NCBI RefSeq assembly: GCF_009914755.1
Contig: NC_060935.1
Source: the human T2T-CHM13v2.0 reference genome, Homo sapiens
Reading direction: 5' to 3' (one strand)
Length of the DNA stretch: 64,000 nucleotides
Shown here: in pieces, positions 1 through 15,790 of the stretch
Position numbering within the stretch: the stretch's first letter is position 1
How the letters are laid out: each line of letters begins with the position of its first letter
The notes under the pieces: model-generated
Database searches by the model: none
Told to the model about the DNA's origin: nothing
What the model saw: only the letters and a program-made list of their open reading frames with translations
Program-made: the position numbers and the translations under genes

Positions 1-1623
1 TCTCCTCTTTCTTGCAGGAAACAGATGATCACCTTCAAAGCTAATTTCTGGAGCTTTGTTATCCGACCTATGGCTCTTAATTAATGCTCTTTTTGCCCTG
101 GTGGGCCATAGCACTCTGGGTGGGACACAGGGTCTCACTATGATCTGACTCTCTCTCATGCTCAGTTTCACCTTTAATGTGACACATTCACCCCTGCTGA
201 TCTTCCTGACCTGCTGCTGGCCAGGAAGGATTCCTTGTGCAGTTTGGCCAAGCTTTCCTTAGCATGGGGTCTTGCTGCCTTATCTCAGGAGGCAACAAGG
301 TGTACAGGAAAATATTTAACTTCTGCACAAAAAATATGTGGATTCAAATCCCAGATGTACCACCTCCTATCTGAATGGCTTTCTGCATACTAATACTTTT
401 AGGCAAAAGACTTAATCACTCTGAGCCTCAGTTTTCCCTTCTGTAAAATAGAAATAATTAACGGTAATTTACCTAATAGAGCTATAATGCCTGGCATATA
501 GTAGCAGCTGTTATCCATGTTAGTTTTTTTTTTTTTTTCTAAAAAGAAGACACTTTGGTTTTTCTTGTTCCCCTATCTGCAAGAAGTAGTTAAGAGTGAT
601 GAGTGGGATGTAAGGTCTGAAGTAAAGAAAAGCACGGATGCTCACAGTGGGCTTTGGAAGAGGAAGGCTATGGGGAAAGTTTTGGAGTTGGGTTGGAGGT
701 CCCCAGTCTCATGTGCACACCCAGGGCTGATCCTAGGGCTGTTCCTTGTCCTAGTTTAGGGCCTTGGTTGTGCACATTCACATGCACTCCCTGACAGGCC
801 TTGCTTTCCAAGATCCTGCCCTGCAGCCTTTAGCTCTGCTTTGCACCTGATCCCTGCTCAGGTGTTTCCAAAGGGCTGAGTCATTCATGCAGCACCACAT
901 GGAAGTAAGTGGAGGGCCCTGGAGCTCCTGATGCCTGCCATTTTCAGGGAGGAAGTTAGAGGCCTGCCGGGAACAAGTTTGGACGCTGGCTTATTACCTT
1001 TCCTGTTCTAACCAGTCAGGCAGTTAAATTAATTGAGTGTCTATCATGTGGAAAGTATGCACCGGATGCTGTTGGGAGGGGATGCCTGTCTTCCTTGTTG
1101 AAAAGCTCATAGACCATCAGGAAGTTAGGACACACACCAGAAAAGTCAGAACATAGAATTGACGTTTCATTACTGAGTGTATTTTTATGGACACTTCCTT
1201 CCTCCTCTCTACAGGGAGGGGAAGCTGAGCTGGGGCTGAGGCTGGAGGTGCTGATGGGAGTTGGATGACCCTCAGCAGGAAAGCTTTTCCAAGGAACATT
1301 AACTCAGGTAGGGTTTGGAGCCACACAGGGACACAGAATGTTGAAAAGGAGGGGACCAGGGTGTTGCAGAAGGGACAGAGGCATTTGCAAAGATGTAGAA
1401 GCAGGACCTATACAACAGATTATGAGCCCATTGATGTAGCTGGAGCAGGTCATCTTTGAGGCAATAACAATGATGAGTCTGTGAATTTGTCTTGGGGAGA
1501 AGTGGCAGGCAGGGGCAAGGAGCTGAGAGCAGGTTGAATGGAAAAGCATTCGCCTACATCTGGCTGGAGAACGTTTTTACAGGGGCTTGAGATAAACTAC
1601 CCTCTACCCTGAGTAGGTTCATG

Positions 1624-1668
1624 GTGTGTGTGTGTGTGTATGTGTGTGTGTGTGTGTGTGTGTGCGTG
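1624..1668. repeat. (TG)n dinucleotide microsatellite
   Basis: Run of gtgtgt... with a few interruptions (ta, gc). Confidence 0.95.
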
Positions 1669-1689
1669 CATATGTTTGGTTTGGTTGGG

Positions 1690-2220
1690 ATGGGTGGTGA
1701 ATTACTTAAAACTCTTTGATTGTAAGCAACAGAAACCAAATTGAGATAGCTTAAAGCAAAAACTTCTAAGGCTAGAAGACTTTTGAAGTTGTTCTCATGG
1801 CAAAACCAGTTTTTGCTCAAATTATGTGTTTATCTGGGGATGGATTGGGGACATAGATGGAGCTAATGGGTCAGATAGAGTCACCAGTCCTTCTGCTACC
1901 TCAAAGCCACTCTCTAGGCTTCTTTCTCCCACTCCTGTCTGCTTCTCTCTATGTGTCTGCATCACTCTGAAGCCCACCTTCCTTTGCACCTTAGAGCAGA
2001 GGGTGGGTGAATGGCAGGCCACCTTCAAGAGATGAATTTAGGCTGAATTAGAATTTTCTTATCTCTAATTCCAAATATTGGGAGAAAAAATCTGATTGTC
2101 TTGAATAGTCAGATGACCATCCTTCATTCAGTAACTTCTAACCAGGAAGGGAAACCACATGGTGCAGTATTACCGCAGGGTTCCACCCTCCTGGGTGAGA
2201 TGGCCGGACACCCCAAAAAA
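1690..2220. mobile_element. Old MaLR LTR remnant (MLT1K-like)
   Basis: Starts with ctctttgattgtaagcaacagaaaccaa..tagcttaa, typical of old MLT1 LTR ends; highly diverged, boundaries approximate. Confidence 0.5.
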
Positions 2221-2229
2221 TGTCTTGGT

Positions 2230-3090
2230 AAGTGATTATAAGGAAAAGTGAAAGGAGTTAGGCTGCCACTGTGAAGTTTACCTGTGGTGGAGGTGAAAGG
2301 TGAGGGACAGAGCTGGGAAGCCTGGGTGTAAGCCCTGACTCTAAACAGCTATGTGACCTTGGCACATTTCCTCTGAGACTTTGCTAAGATTGGATTAACT
2401 CCTAGCTTTGGATTCCTCCTGGCTTTAAAAGCATATTTCTCTTGACCATGTATGAGACGATGAGGGCTCCTTTGGGGTGAGGGCAGTGGGGGTGGAGTGG
2501 ATGTGAGAGAAACATCATAGAAATAATTGGCAGGCGTCAATGAAGGATTGTATGGGGTGTTAAAACAACTGGAGCATTCAAAAGGCCTCAGGAGCTTGAG
2601 GATGGAGATATTCCACATGGTGATAATGAGTCCTAGGAAGGAAGTCCATTTGCAGGGAGAAAGATGGTGAGTTCAGTTTTAGGTAGTGGGGCATCCAATT
2701 AGAGCAATGTAATGATAACCAGAGAGGTTGCTTATCATGAAGGCATCGGCTCAGAGTCAGAAATGTGGATCTGAGAGTCATCTTCATGGGCATGGCATTT
2801 GAAACCAAGGGGGATGCTGATGTTGAGAGAAGGAAAAGGAGAAAACAAGTCAAAGAGCCCTGGGAAGTAAAGAGTGAACAAGAGCCACAGGAGAGTTTTG
2901 TAGGTGCAGGGAGAAGGAGGCTTCAGCAGGGTGGCGACCCAGTCGTGTGGAACGCAGTGGGGATGCTGGAATGTGTGAGAACAGAAGCATACAGGAGGAG
3001 GGTGCTGGCAACTTCTCAGAGAGCAGTGTACACAGAGGCAAAGGGGTTCAGGAGTGAGTAGCAGCTGAGCAGAAAAGGCAACAGGTGGGG
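2230..3090 (-). mobile_element. L2 LINE remnant
   Basis: L2-like phrases gagttcagttttagg, ggatctgagagtcatcttcat, cagaggcaaaggggttcaggagtgag; boundaries approximate. Confidence 0.55.
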
Positions 3091-3111
3091 CTTGTTTAAA
3101 AAATGATAATT

Positions 3112-3727
<616 letters not shown>

Positions 3728-3974
3728 AATAATTAGGCAATAAAGGCAAGAGAAAAAACCTAGGGTAGTAACTTGAGAGACAAGTAGAGTCAGTAGATTC
3801 ACAAGATGTCTTTCCCCTTCCTCCCTCCTTTCCCTCTTTCCTTCTTTTTCTCTCTCTTCTTCTGTCTCCTCTTTTCAGAATGGGAAAAATCTCAGTTGTG
3901 ACTGTAAATGAGATCTTGGAAGCACAGGGTGTGCTGGTCCCCTCTGCCACTACCTCCCTGGTGATCTCGATACT

Positions 3975-4222
3975 TGCTATGGTTTATGCCCCATGAGGTT
4001 CCACCCTCATGAATGAGATTAGTGCCCAGTGAGCTCCTCAACCTTTCTGCCATGTGAGGTCACAAGGAGAAGGCGCCATGTAGGAAGTGGGGCAGACTCC
4101 AAATCTGCCATGCCTTGATTTTGGACTTCCCAGCCTCCAGAACTGTGAGAAATAAATGTTTGCTGTTTATACTCTGCCCAGGCTAGGGAATTTGGTTATA
4201 GCAACCTAAATGGGCTAAGACA
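3975..4222 (+). mobile_element. MaLR LTR (MLT1A/MST-like) with internal deletion
   Basis: TGCTATGGTTT start; ggacttcccagcctccagaactgtgagaaataaa; ends ctaagaCA. Confidence 0.85.
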
Positions 4223-6842
4223 ATGATCCAGTGGGGAAATTAGGTGAATGATGGGCTGTTCAGGTGACAGTTTTTTTTTTTTTTCTATAGCTGTTGGCCT
4301 CAGATCACTAAGACAGAGATTGAACAATGTCTGGGAGATTCAAAGGATGTCCCAGCTATCAGGGCTTCATTCTCTTATTTCTTAGGCATCAACACCAAAG
4401 GGTCTCAATGAAGACGATGGGCACAGCCACCTGTGAGTGTTTGGGCAACAGTGACCCACAGGAGCAGAGGGCAAAAGGAGCCTGGCCCAATCCATGGGAC
4501 AGGCAGTTTTGTGGTCCTCACAGGCCCTCTGGGGCCATGTCCCCAGCTGCCTCCCCTCTCAGGAGCAAAGAGCTACCTTGACCCCCTGGACCTGCAGTAT
4601 TTCAGAGTGTGCAAGCCAAGGAATTAGGGAAGTCAAGTGTTGGGGGGATCAGCGTCTTTAAACTCATGTTCTTAAAGTGACTAAAAAGCATAGGACACAC
4701 ATGGGCTGCCACATCATGACTCTTTCAGCTTTCCTTGTTGCCAAACTTCCCACAGGGTTCTGGGGAGCCTCACTGAGCCTGTAGAGTTTCCCAGAGAGCT
4801 TGTTATTAATAGGCCATTTGTTCATCTTGCATCTTGTTTAACTCAATCTCAATGATCTGTCTCAAGCAACGGTTTTAAAAATACAGGACCTCCTCGCCTG
4901 AGATTCCCATATCCTAAAATGTCTCTGCCTTCAGTCGTCAGCCTCCTGCCTCCCACCCTGACTGGCAGAGCTGCCCCAGGCTGCTGTTAATGATGTGCTT
5001 CTCTTTGCCAGGTGGAGATCCCAAGGCTCTCCTGTCCCAGAATGGACCTGGAGAGGAATTGAGGGGTTTAAGCTGCCCTAATCGGACCTGCCCCTTGGAC
5101 CCATCTGTCCTTTATGTCCCCTCAAGAATGGGTTCCTGATGGAGGCTGGAATGCATTCTGCATGGGAGGCTGGGGGAAGCACAGCTGGCAGGCAGCAGCA
5201 TCAGGCAGACATCTGCCCACGGCAAGGTGAACACTCCTGCCAGCCAAAGATGTTTGGACTTCTTTCTTGGCCTGTGTTCAAGCCAAGACTGGGCTTCTAG
5301 TTGGCGGGAGCCCTGTGGATTTCCTTACTCAGAATGCCCCAAGCCTTATCTTTTATCCTCAGTTCTGCCATGGAAATGGTAAGAGGCTGGCTGCCTTTGA
5401 GGTGACCTGAGTCCCTGCGGCTGTGTGGACTCCCGCTAGAAGAGCCCGGGAACTTGGAGGTGGAAGCAGGTCTTCTTGGAGACTGCAAGCCTGAACCCAG
5501 CTTCCTGGGAGCACCCACAACTGAGCAGGGGGAGGGTGGGGTTGGGAGAAGTGAGTGCCCTCCAGCACAGAGCACCTTCACATGCGGTCACAGATGCAGG
5601 GACTTTTCAAAAACAACAGTGCACCTGCCAGTCCTCATGTTTATCCACTCACAGGATTGATTTTCTAATGAAGTCCTCCTGCTGCATGATTTAGGTTCAT
5701 TTATATAAATTATACAGTGATTTATTTAATGACCTACTTGGAGCACTATAAATTCTATAGCATCCATGCAATTTATTATTTAAACCCCATATAAATCATG
5801 CAAGATGAGGAGACAGAATTGTGTGTAAGGATCATGGGGCCTGGTTCAAATTGTCTTATGGAAGCTCACAGTGGGCTTTGTTTGGAGTGTGGAAAACAAA
5901 CAGGTACATGAACACATCAGCAATTTTTTTTTGGTAGAGAGGACTAGAAACCTTTGTTTCTATGCTCAAACAAGGCTATCCCACATGGGATTCATGGTTG
6001 CTCGGCCCTTAGACTGCAGGATGAGCATGTACAGGCTGCCCTGCTGTTGGAAGGAACCCTTGGGCTCTGTATGACCAGGGACTGTACAATCAGCTCTCTG
6101 ACATTTCAGAGCTTTGAGATGTGAACTATGCTTCATGCAGAAGTGACAGAATAGGCCCTCAGGCTCTTGTCTAAACCCCAGCGCCTTTGCTTAAAAAATA
6201 TCCTCTCTTATGTGAAACCACCAGCCCCTTCATCTTCCTTAGTTGGTAAATTCCATCTCCATATTTCCCTCCAGGCAGTAGCAGGGAATGGAAACCTGTG
6301 GTTATTTATAAGGAAGTCCTCCCCAAATCTAGGAACAGCATGCTATGACCTAGAAGCACAACAGGCAGGATAACTGTTGATGTGGTGGGTACATCACTCA
6401 TATACTCACTCATGCACCCATTCACTTATGCATTACTGATTTCAGGTACTCTGTGTGTATCAGAGGAAGAATGAGCTGCTATGTACAATGATTAAGGCAA
6501 ACTTGAAGTCAGCCAGAAATGGAGTCAAACAGTTTTGGGATCAGACAGCGTCTGCAGCACATAGCTAGGTGGCCTTAGGGAAGTTTTTTTTAATGCCCTG
6601 CTAGTAAAATGAGGATAGTAACAGTCCCTACCATCAGAGGTGATTATAGAGAAATAAATGAGATAATGCACATAAAGAATTGATAACAGGGCTTGGCATA
6701 TGATAGATTCTCAAAAATTTTAGTTATTATTTGACATGAATTCTGCCCTCACAAACTGTAAAATATAGATGAGGATGCAAAAGTAGTGTATAAATGATGA
6801 TGGCATAAGGTAGAAAAGATAACTACTATTGAAATAGGGCCA

Positions 6843-7140
6843 GGCCAGGCTTGGTGGCTTATGTCTGTAATTCCAGCACTTCGGGAGACCAAAGCAGGAG
6901 GATCGCTTGAGCTCAAGGAGTTTGAGACCAGCCTGAGCAACATAGGGAGAACTCATCTCTAATAAAAAAAAAATTAGCTGGGTTTGATGGTATGTGCCTG
7001 TTATTCTAGCTACTCAGGAGGCTCAGGTGGGAGGACTGCTTGGGCCCAGGGAGGTGAGCTATGATCATACCACTGCATTCCTCTAAAAAAAAAAAAAAAG
7101 AAGAAAGAAAAAAAGAGGAAAAAACAAGGAACAGAAGGAA
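6843..7140 (+). mobile_element. Alu (AluJ-like), 3' part shortened
   Basis: GGCCAGGC...GGATCGCTTGAGCTCAAGGAG...CACTGCATTCC then A-rich tail. Confidence 0.9.
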
Positions 7141-7169
7141 CAGATAGTGTGTTGAGCTAAGGGTTTTAT

Positions 7170-8270
<1,101 letters not shown>

Positions 8271-8278
8271 ACCACCTC

Positions 8279-8893
8279 TAGAGCTGCCTATAGTTCCAGT
8301 CAAGAGGGGTCCTTGTCTTGGCCCCACTCTGGTCTCCCGTGGACTTACAGTTCTCTATAGGGTGTGGAACCAGTGGAAGTGCTCCCTCTTCTCAGTCACT
8401 CTAAGGATACACAGGACCCTGGGATTTCCAGCTCAAACAGCCCCAAGTCCATTATCAGGCTTCTTTCCCAGGTCCATCCTCTGGAGGATGGCTTATGCTG
8501 CTAGTGCACACACTCCTGGAACTGTTATTGGTTGTGTATGTGTGCATGTGATTGTATGCATGTACAGAGCATGGACATGCACGCCGCATTGCTCGCAAGC
8601 AGGTGTGCAAGGCCCCTTGAGATGGAGATAGGAGTGGGAGAAAAGGGGAAAGGCTGGGGGAGGCTCTTCCAACTACAATACCGTGGTGTGGAACCCTAAG
8701 AAGTCAAGAATTCTAAAGTCCATCCTGGCCTTCCAGGTCATTTTGAAGGCCTACTTTGTCAAGGAAGAAGAACAAAAACATCTTTTATTTAATGGTTTAT
8801 TAGCTTGATTTCTAACTTCTAAATGTGACCTGTAACACATGGGTCTCCATTTGTAATCTTTCCCTGGGCCCTGCCAATGTTAGGGCAGGCCTG
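8279..8893 (-). mobile_element. hAT-Tip100 non-autonomous element (Zaphod/MER115-like)
   Basis: Right end ctccatttgtaatctttccctgggccctgccaatgttagggcaggcctg and left end caagaggggtccttgtcttggcccc resemble recalled Zaphod-family termini. Confidence 0.5.
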
Positions 8894-8894
8894 A

Positions 8895-9440
<546 letters not shown>

Positions 9441-12400
9441 AATCCTGACATTTATTTGCAAGTTACTTTGGCATGAAATCACAAGCCTTCAATGCATCAT
9501 GTATTTCAGAGCTTGAAGGAAGTACAAGAAAGTCATACTCACTTTGGTCAGTTGATATCTTATCCCGATTTTATAGATGGGACAACCTTGGCCCAAGGAA
9601 GTATATTGACTTACCCAAAGGTCAGCCTGATTCTTCCCTTTTTCAGTTCCTATGATGCGTTTGCTAAGGGTTCCTGTGAAAACTGCTTAAATATCCAGCA
9701 TTTTGTTTCACAGTCAAATCAGGTAGTGATCAAGTCTCAAGGAAGAGAGAATACATATGGCTTCAAATGCAGGATCACACTGGATTTTACAGCTGACTGG
9801 AACTGTCTGTCTTCAGACGCAGCCTCCGTATGACTACATTTCATAACAGAAGATCCTTCTTTTTGATTTTCTCTTGTGTGATCATCTGGAAGCACATGCA
9901 CCAGAGAGTTGGAACAGCGCCATTAAAAATATTTATGTTGGTGTGGAGTTGTTTGCATCTTAGCCTGTGTGCTACACTAATAGCACAGTGGCAAACATGA
10001 CATTTTCCCCAAGTAATTATAGAAATCAGCAGACATTTACAGGGAGTTGGCTGTTCATTGACATGGGAAGCACAGCCTCACAGAATGGGAGTTCTGGAAT
10101 CATGGTAGCATGGCTTTTTAACCCAATTTGTGCTTCTTCCTGGCAATGACCAGAGTTCCTGCAGAGAGCCAGGCACAGACTTCAGGCCTGGGAAGCAGCC
10201 CCAGGTGAAAGGTACTCATAATCTCAGCAGGTGAACTGAGAACACTGTGCTTCTCCTGCCACTCTCCCCTCCCTCCTCCTCGCCTGTGCTAAATGGAGTC
10301 TCCAGACCTGTGTGTGTGTTGCGGGTAGGGCAGGGGACCTTCACAGATATGACCCTCCACTTCAGGGAGATTTATCACCCGTCACAGCCCTAGACCAGGC
10401 CTGCTGCAGCCTCTGAAGGTCCCCACTGCCCAGAGAGGCTGAGGGGGCAATGTCCATGGGGATGCTGGAGGCACAGTGGGGGTGGGGGCAGACAGGTTTA
10501 GGCCCAGGGATCCAGACATCTTGGTCCCTCCGTGCCAGTCACTGTTTATGTTCTCCACTGTCATTTAGGGTGGAAACAGTATCTGCTAAGGTACTTCCCA
10601 GGGGGATGCTAAAGTTAGATTTCCCTCAGATGCACTTCTAGTCTTTCTTGTTCCTAAAGGAGAAACTGGGTCACACTGGAATCTAGTTAATATTCAGCAT
10701 GGTGTGGCAGAAACATTCAGAGTCCAGAGCCAAACACCAAACAGGCTCAGGACTGAGCCTGGCTCTCCCTCACCAGCCAATCAATTTCTCTGAGCCTCAG
10801 TTTCTTCCTCTGTTAACAGGGAATGATAATGTTTATCATTTAAAAGGAGGTGATACAGGATGTGCTGACCGCAGTTTGCATTGCTCAGTAGCTACTGTTT
10901 TTAGAACTCTACAATGCTAAAATATTTTTAACTTTACAAAGAACCATCCCTTGGCTTCTTATGAAGCCTCAGAGCTATACTGGAAGGGAAGAAGGGTGGG
11001 TATGATCCCCCTGTGGCAGAGGAGGAGGGTAAGGCTCAGAGAGGTCTTTACAATTTAATGTGGCAAATATTCTTGATCATCTGCTGGGTTCAGAGCACCA
11101 GACCTTCCACACGCAATTCCTGTCCTTGAGAAGTTTGTAAGCTAATGAGCAAGGGTGACACTTGCGGTCAAATACATGCTCACCGAGGGGAGGAACTTTG
11201 GCCTTGCTCACTGCTGGATCCTGAGTGGTCCATAAATGTTTGTTGGCTGAATGTATGGCATGATTCTAATGCGAGACACAAGGAAGGGTCATAGCAAATT
11301 TACACACTCAGAAGAGGGAAGAGGAATTCCAACTAGGAAACATGGGAGTGCTTCCAGGAAGCAGTCACATTTGGTCTGGGCTTTGAAGTGCTGGCTGGAT
11401 CTTGACAGGCTGAGATGGGAAGGAAGGATATTTCTAGAAGCAGGAAAACAGGGGTGAAAGCACTGACCTGCCAATGTAGGCTCCATTAAGGAAGCATGAG
11501 CGATGTGTCTTGGTTGGAGTTTGGGGTGTGTGATGCCCAAGTTGGGGCCAGTAGTTGGGAGACCTTATGCCCAGGTTGCCCAGAAAAAGTCCCACTTTAT
11601 GACTCTCGTGGCTCAGTGAACAGCTGTTAATGATTCCTGTTGTCTCTTTTTACTTTCAAAATTGTTCCAGTTTGAAAGATACATCATGTGCTCCCTCTGT
11701 CTATAGCGAGAGATGAGGTTATGAGGAAGACTTAGGAAGGGATTAAGGGAAGGAGCCCAAAGAGTCTGGACTTAAACACTTGGCTGGGGTCCCACACTCC
11801 AATGTTTACAGTGGCCCTGATGTGGGTGAACAGCTGAAGCTGGTGGGGTGAGCAGCTGCTGCAACCCAGCTCCAGCTGATGGCTCCAGGTAGATATACGG
11901 ACCCTTGCCAGCTCTCCTGGTACTTGAGAAAAGCCAGAAACCTGAATTTTTATATGCATTTCCTGATATTAAAATTATCATTCAAAAATTTTACAAACAC
12001 TACGTAGGTCAAACAAAACTTATCTACACACTGCGTCTGGCCTGAGCCCATGGCTCTGTCCCTCTGCTGGGTGGTGGGGAGCTGGGGGAGATTTCTGAGG
12101 AGGGGAGTGGCCTGGCGAGAGCTAAATGTCCCCCTCACCCAGGTGTCAAGGTGGCGTCAGGAGGCATGAGGTTAGAGGGAGGAGTGCCATTAGGCGCTCT
12201 TTGACACAGTCCAGCTGGGTCACAAGGCAGATCTGAACAAGGGTGGGGCAGTGAGGATGCAGACGGACAACAGATGCCAGGCACAAAAGAGGCCTGTAGG
12301 GGGAGAAGCTGGCCCCTGCCTGGGCCTGGAAGGTGTTGGGGGGAAGGGTGCAGTGAAAATGAGGTGGGAGGCCTCCAGTAGGTTTGTGGCTTTCATGCTG

Positions 12401-14453
12401 TGAAAGTCACAGTCTCCACAGCAGGCCAGAGGGTCCTCGGGCCCCAGGCCTGTGAGGCTTTGCTTCCTCTTAGGGAGGTCCTGCCTGGAATTCAACAGCA
12501 ACTTTGGTGAGAGAGGAGATCCTGGGAGCTCTGGTGGTGCTAATACCGGAGGCTAGCTCCTCTGGGCAGGGAAGCCAGCTGCCTCTGAGTTGAGCCGGTC
12601 ACTGAGCTGGCTCAAAGGGTGGAACGACGTGGTTTCAGTCCCGGGGGGTGCGCTGCCTTCACAGGTGGCCTCTGGTGATGTGTGAGGAGCCCATTATAAG
12701 CTTGGTTAACTTATCTGGGGGACATATGCCATCTCTGAGCCCTCACCAGCAGCATTTATGGTTCAGAAGATATATATTTTTTCTTTTTTAGAGAGCAGGT
12801 ATTTCAGATAGCTGCAAACACAGCCATCTCCTCACTGGGCCGCTTCCTGCCACCACAGCATAACTTGCTGATTCTGAGTCAAGCGATAATCCAGGCCATT
12901 GAAGTCAGAGGTGGACTTCTTATCCTGGGGCATTGAGCAAGGGATGGGTCAGCAAAGCCAAAGCCAAGTCTGGAAGGAAGCGGTCACAGAGGATCCTTTC
13001 TCTACTCCCTGGCCCTGTGTTCACTGTCTCATTGCACCCACCTCATGCCTCGCTCTTGTCCGTCAACTCATCTGCCTGCCTCCCTCACCAGGCCATGAGC
13101 TCCTTATGGGGAAGGAGCGCATCCATTGTTTGTCTCAAAACCAGCACAGTGACTACATCAGGGAAGGAGCACAACAAATGCGTGAATTAGCAGCAGCAGC
13201 TGCAGCAGCAAACACTGATTTTTATCAAATGCTGGTTACCTGTCCAAGCCCTTTACAAATACTTTACTAAGTCTCATTTTACAACTATTCTGTAATGTAG
13301 GTACTATGTTGTGTCCACAAGAGGCTTAGCAAGGTTAGGTATCTTGCCCGTGGGACACAGCTAAAAAATATTGAAGTTGGTCTTTGACCCCCAAATCTGC
13401 TGATCCTAGAATTAATGCTCTTACCACCATATAATCATGTGCCATTGATCTGATGTTTATTATTGCTAATTCTCACCATGGCCTTGTGAGGCGGATCTTA
13501 TATTATCCTCCTATTATAGGTGAGGAAACTGAGACTCCAAGGGGAGAGGAGAGATAGGGCAGCAAACTGGAGAAAACAGACCAAATCAAGTATCAATCAA
13601 ACTGTGACCTATTACAGGCAAGAAACACATACCTGCTAGACAGTGCTGACTGTGACTCTATGTAGGACACTGAGTCTTCACTCAGTAAAATACTGTTCTG
13701 ATGGAGAAGAAATAATTTTGTGCCATTGCCATTCTTCTTCTTCCCTCTAACATTGTGTAAGTGCAATGTAGGGATGAGCGCCAGACTGTTTGGGTTTAAA
13801 TCCTAGCCCCACCATTTAATAGCAGTATGATATGGAACAAACTCCTCAACCTCCCTGTACCTCAATTTCCCTATCTGTAAAATGGGGGTAAGGATGACTC
13901 CTATCTTACAAGGTTTTTGTGAGGCTTAAAAATGAAGAAATACCTATGTAACAGGATGTGTAAAAAGTTTCTGCCATGGCACCAAGATACAATAGAGGCT
14001 GAAATGCAAAGACGGAGTTATACCCAGACTACAGTAGATGAACAGCAACTAGTTCACTACTTCTTGAACTCCATAATCATAGGAGCATACTAAAGGGCTG
14101 AGAGAGATTGAGAAGTATTTTTCTGAGAGAGTTGTGGGTGAGCTGGGGGTCCTTCCCCATCCTCCCCAATTCCCAGGGGGAGTGGTGGAGAGGTGACCAC
14201 TCGGAGAGCCTGAAGAACCTCCTACCACTGGGAACACGGAGGCCTGGGCATGGCTCATGACTGAGGCAGCAGAGTGGAAGATGGCATCTGGAAGCAGTCA
14301 CATTCCTCTCCCATAGCAGGTCACACCTGCACCCTCGGCCAGGTATGAGATTTGTAGGCTGAAGGAGGCCAGAAAATGTATCCGGCCAAGAGAGGGCTCC
14401 CAACACTAGCATTAAGGCACTGTGGGGTGTCCCTGTTGGGGGCAGTAGCTGGA

Positions 14454-14862
14454 TGTGATGGTTAATTTTATGTGTCACATAATTTTCTGGCCACAGAGTG
14501 CCCAGACAGTTGGTTCAACATCATCCTGGGTGTGGCTGTGTGTTTCTGGATGAGATGAACATTTAAATTGCTAAACTGAGTAAAGCAGGTTGCCTTCCCT
14601 AATGTGGTCTCATCCAATCAATTGAAGACCTGAATAGAACAGAAAAGCTGAGAAAAGAGGGAATTCCTTTGTCCTGACTGCTTTGAGCTGGGACACTTGT
14701 CTTTTTCTGCTTTGGAGCTGCACCGAAACATCAGCTCCCTTTGGTCTTTAGCCTGCTGGCTTTTGGGTTAGAACTACACCATCAGCTCTCCCAGGTCTCC
14801 AGCTTGCCAACTGTAGATCTTGGGACTTCTCAGCCTCCATATTTGGGCAATCCAATCCTCTA

Positions 14863-14941
<79 letters not shown>

Positions 14942-15058
14942 CTATCATCTATCTATCTACCCTCTCTCTTTCTCTCTATCTCTATCATCTATCTATCCAT
15001 CCATTCATCCATCCACATCCTATTGGTTCTGTTGCTCTAGAGAACCCTGACTAATACA
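14454..15058 (+). mobile_element. ERVL solo LTR (MLT2 family)
   Basis: TGTGATGGTTAATTTTATGTGTCA start; ...GAGAACCCTGACTAATACA end; 5-bp TSD CTGGA/CTGAA. Confidence 0.92.
14859..14938. repeat. Compound tetranucleotide STR TCTA(TCTG)6(TCTA)13
   Basis: Counted directly; followed by degenerate TCTA/TCCA repeats to about 15015. Confidence 0.97.
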
Positions 15059-15359
15059 CTGAAGTTGAGGGGGAGGACAGGAAATGCTAGCAGAAGAGGC
15101 GCTGCCCTTATTGAGGAACCCATGAAAGTGCCACATAAGAAACGTGGTTGGTGTTAAAGCCCTGCCAGGTCCTGGGAGTGAGAGCCATCTTAAGTCAGGG
15201 CCAGTCTGGGTGTGAGACGGGAGGCGAAGGAGCAGTAAGTGAGATGGGAGGAACAGAGGGAGAAAAGGAGAAGCTGATGACACCTGCTTCCCACGCGGCC
15301 ACTGGCCCCTTTGGCTGGTGAGGAGTAGAAACTGCCAGGCAGGAAAAAAAAGGTCACAT

Positions 15360-15790
15360 ATCAATTCAGGCTCCTGAGAGGCAGAGATTTGTTAGGGGAA
15401 ATACCTATGAAGGATAAAGGGAAAGGAAGCAAGTTTAGGCATAAAGGCTTTGGTCCATGGTTCAGGAGTGGGAAAGAAGGAGGACTGGGTAGGAAAAGTC
15501 TCAGATGCAGTGCAGTGGGGAGTGGGTCTGGGCAAGGCTGGCTAGTCCCCTCTCTGGCCCTGGCCAAGGTTGCCCAACAGAAGAGTTCCTGGCAGGCAGC
15601 AATGGCCTGGTTCTAGCACCTTTGCAGCACTCAGCTTTTAGATGGGGGCGTCCCTGGGAACTATAGCCTTGGTGCAAATGTGGGGCAGATCCCAAGTGTG
15701 GCTCCTGGGCTGTCAGTCAACTCTGCTCCTCTTGGTGGGTTTTCCTGAAAGAGGTTTGAGTGGCTACCCCCATGGCCACCACAGACCACA
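15360..15790. mobile_element. Old ERVL-type LTR remnant (LTR16/LTR33-like)
   Basis: gggaaatacctatgaaggataaaggg...ggaggactgggtaggaaaagtctcagatgcagtgcag resembles old ERVL LTRs; boundaries approximate. Confidence 0.45.

Noticed and set aside
13189-13210. (GCA)n giving poly-Ala in ORF 12899-13270
   Set aside because: Short interrupted triplet run at a MIR edge, with no coding evidence.
14859-14938. Identity with forensic locus D12S391 (similar AGAT/AGAC structure)
   Set aside because: The flanks do not match the D12S391 flanking sequence as I recall it.
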